Below are positions 62,001-64,000 of a DNA stretch of 64,000 nucleotides, one piece after another; within the stretch, counting starts at the first letter, position 1, and each line of letters begins with the position of its first letter. Position numbers and translations under genes: made by a program. The notes beneath the pieces are model-generated. The model worked only from the letters and a program-made list of their open reading frames with translations, was not told the origin of the DNA and searched no databases. This DNA is from Nemertoderma westbladi. Lineage: Eukaryota; Animalia; Xenacoelomorpha. The stretch covers positions 22,272 to 86,271 of the forward strand of contig JAUCBJ010003667.1 of the NCBI GenBank assembly GCA_032718475.1, read 5' to 3'.

Positions 62001-64000
62001 TTCTAGAAGAGTGTATAATAATTATATTTTGTTCTAGAACTTTACAATGTTGCCATGGTAACAATGATTTATGTTATAAATTAATTAAAATATTTATGCT
62101 GTACGGAACTGTCACAAAAATAAAAAAAAATAAAATATAAAAAATATAGCTAATATTGTGTTCTAGAACACAAAATTTTTATGAAAAATGTTGTGAGGAC
62201 GTCAACGATGGTAATTTAGTTCAAAATAAGTCGATTGCCTATATATTTCATAAAAAAAAATTTTTGAAATGCGACTGCAGACGGAACTGTTCCCGTTTTT
62301 ATAATTTCAAAATATACCGTAGACCTACTAAGACTAACTATAGCTACAGTAGTAACAAAAAACACTACAAAAAAATAGTAAGTCAGCCAGGCTTCACCGG
62401 GCATGGGACCGCCCCTACAGCACGGTCATGGGATGGGTGCGGAGGCGGATTTCCTTTGCCATCAGCCGTGGCTCCTCCCACTGCCTGCGTGGCTCTAGGG
62501 TAAGGTGGCGCAGCGGGCTGGGGCTCGAGGATGGGGCGGGTCTCCCGCTCACTACTTGAAATGCGGCCGAACTGTAGTACAGTACTGCCAGGCTGTTTCA
62601 GTTTTAATTATTTACATCATTTCACATTTCCAATAGTAGCTAGGCACCTGATTGTTGACCATATCTGTATAGGTGGTGGGCGTTTATTTACATTTTTGAT
62701 AATTAAAAGTTTATCCCTCGCTATAAAAAAAACTATATAGTAAGTACCTTTTAGTAGTACTGTACAAGTGTACATTAGTTACCTTAATGAATAATATAAG
62801 ATTAAAAAAATATTTTTTTTCATTTGAAAAAATACTAGCTAGGTAATAAAAAAAATATTAGCTTGATATTTAAAAAACACTAGCTAGGCCTACCATTAAA
62901 AAATATCTGCTAATGTTCCAGAACATTCACAAATATCAAAAAGACAAAACAATCCCGCAAATTTGCTGTATACATACTATACTAGTACCGCTACATGTTC
63001 TAGAACATTATATTTTTTATTTTATTTATGTTCTAGTATAGTTAAATAACATTAATATGGTGTTCTACAACTCTACTGTTGCCATAGTAACAATGAATAA
63101 TGTTTAAAAAGTGTAGTGGTATAAGGAACCGTAGCCCTTTTTTTAAAAGGTTATAAATTCCAACCAGCTAATTGTTGATATATTATATTATTGTATAAGT
63201 TCTAGAACATTAATTTTATTCTAGAAAATGTTTATAAAAAGTTAAAAATAATTCGCAAATATAGCTATTATTTGCAACTATTATGGTCTAGAATGTGTCC
63301 CTTATTCGTAAAAAAAAAGTTCTAATAAAAATAGTTTTTCTTGTTCTAGAATGTTTTTTAAACAATTTTGTCTCTTAACATTTCAATTATTTGTTCTATA
63401 ACCATTATTATGATACCTCAACATGTTTTAGAACATTTCAAACAAATCGTTAGAAATTAGCTAGTTTATAAAATGGGGTGTTAGTGGTGTTTGGTAACGT
63501 AATGGATTACACCTTAATACCCTTAATACAACAACCATTTTTAGGGGGTCGGAGCCCCCCCCCCCCCCCCCCCCCCCTAATTTTTTTCAAATTTAAATAA
63601 AATGCTACAAAATTTGGAATGATGGATCGAATCCTTTTCTTACTGGTGGCCTGGCCGGATTTTCCAATTTCTCGGTTATTCCCATTCATCAAGCCCTTAC
63701 AAAATGTCTATTAAGCAATGTTTAACCACCTCCGTAGACTTTATTTTACGTATTTGAAATGTCGTCTAGATATCATTAGAACCGCCTTCGTCTGTGGATT
63801 CCGAATCTGAAACCCGTTGTATGATAATTAATATTCTAGAATAAAACAACAAAACATCAGAATTATAGCGATTTACCTCTAAGTTTACACATTAGTATTT
63901 TGATAATATCTTTACCAATTTTTGGTTAAATTTAAAACGGTTTTCAGATTCGGAATCCACAGACGAAGGCGGTTCTAATGATACCTAGACGACTGTAGTA
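59070..64000 (+). repeat. Near-identical duplicate of 38567-43497 (offset 20503), running off the window
   Basis: Same ORFs at +20503. Only a few substitutions and homopolymer indels seen. Ends in the same acgac|tgtagta Gypsy LTR junction. Confidence 0.97.

Overview
AT-rich, repeat-dense animal (invertebrate-like) nuclear DNA. No prokaryotic genes, rRNA, tRNA genes or CRISPR arrays were found. Host genes: (1) an ABCC4/MRP-like transporter in one ~3.9-kb exon with a single +1 frameshift (538-4411, +); (2) a broken REV3L (DNA polymerase zeta) copy (15935-18932, -) carrying footprint-like micro-insertions and cut off before its polymerase domain by an LTR; (3) an intact 3-exon GM2-activator/ML-domain gene (33208-36457, +); (4) an orphan membrane-protein ORF (37679-38269, -); (5) the last exon of WAC (50632-50920, -). 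Mobile DNA: a decayed, apparently chimeric BEL/Pao LTR locus (4955-15880, -) whose 3' part encodes a reconstructable ~860-aa DEDD 3'-5' exonuclease + triple CCHC zinc-knuckle accessory protein, the most novel-looking item; a young, intact CsRN1-like Ty3/Gypsy element (43491-48391) with identical LTRs and a -1 frameshift; nested TIR elements (20118-26327); foldback MITEs; RTE, CR1, Penelope and CRE fragments; a 68-bp satellite. A ~5.9-kb array of a 39-bp repeat carries a consensus splice donor in nearly every unit on the WAC strand. The last 4.9 kb are a near-identical duplicate of 38567-43497. Homology calls are from motif recognition by eye, not database searches.
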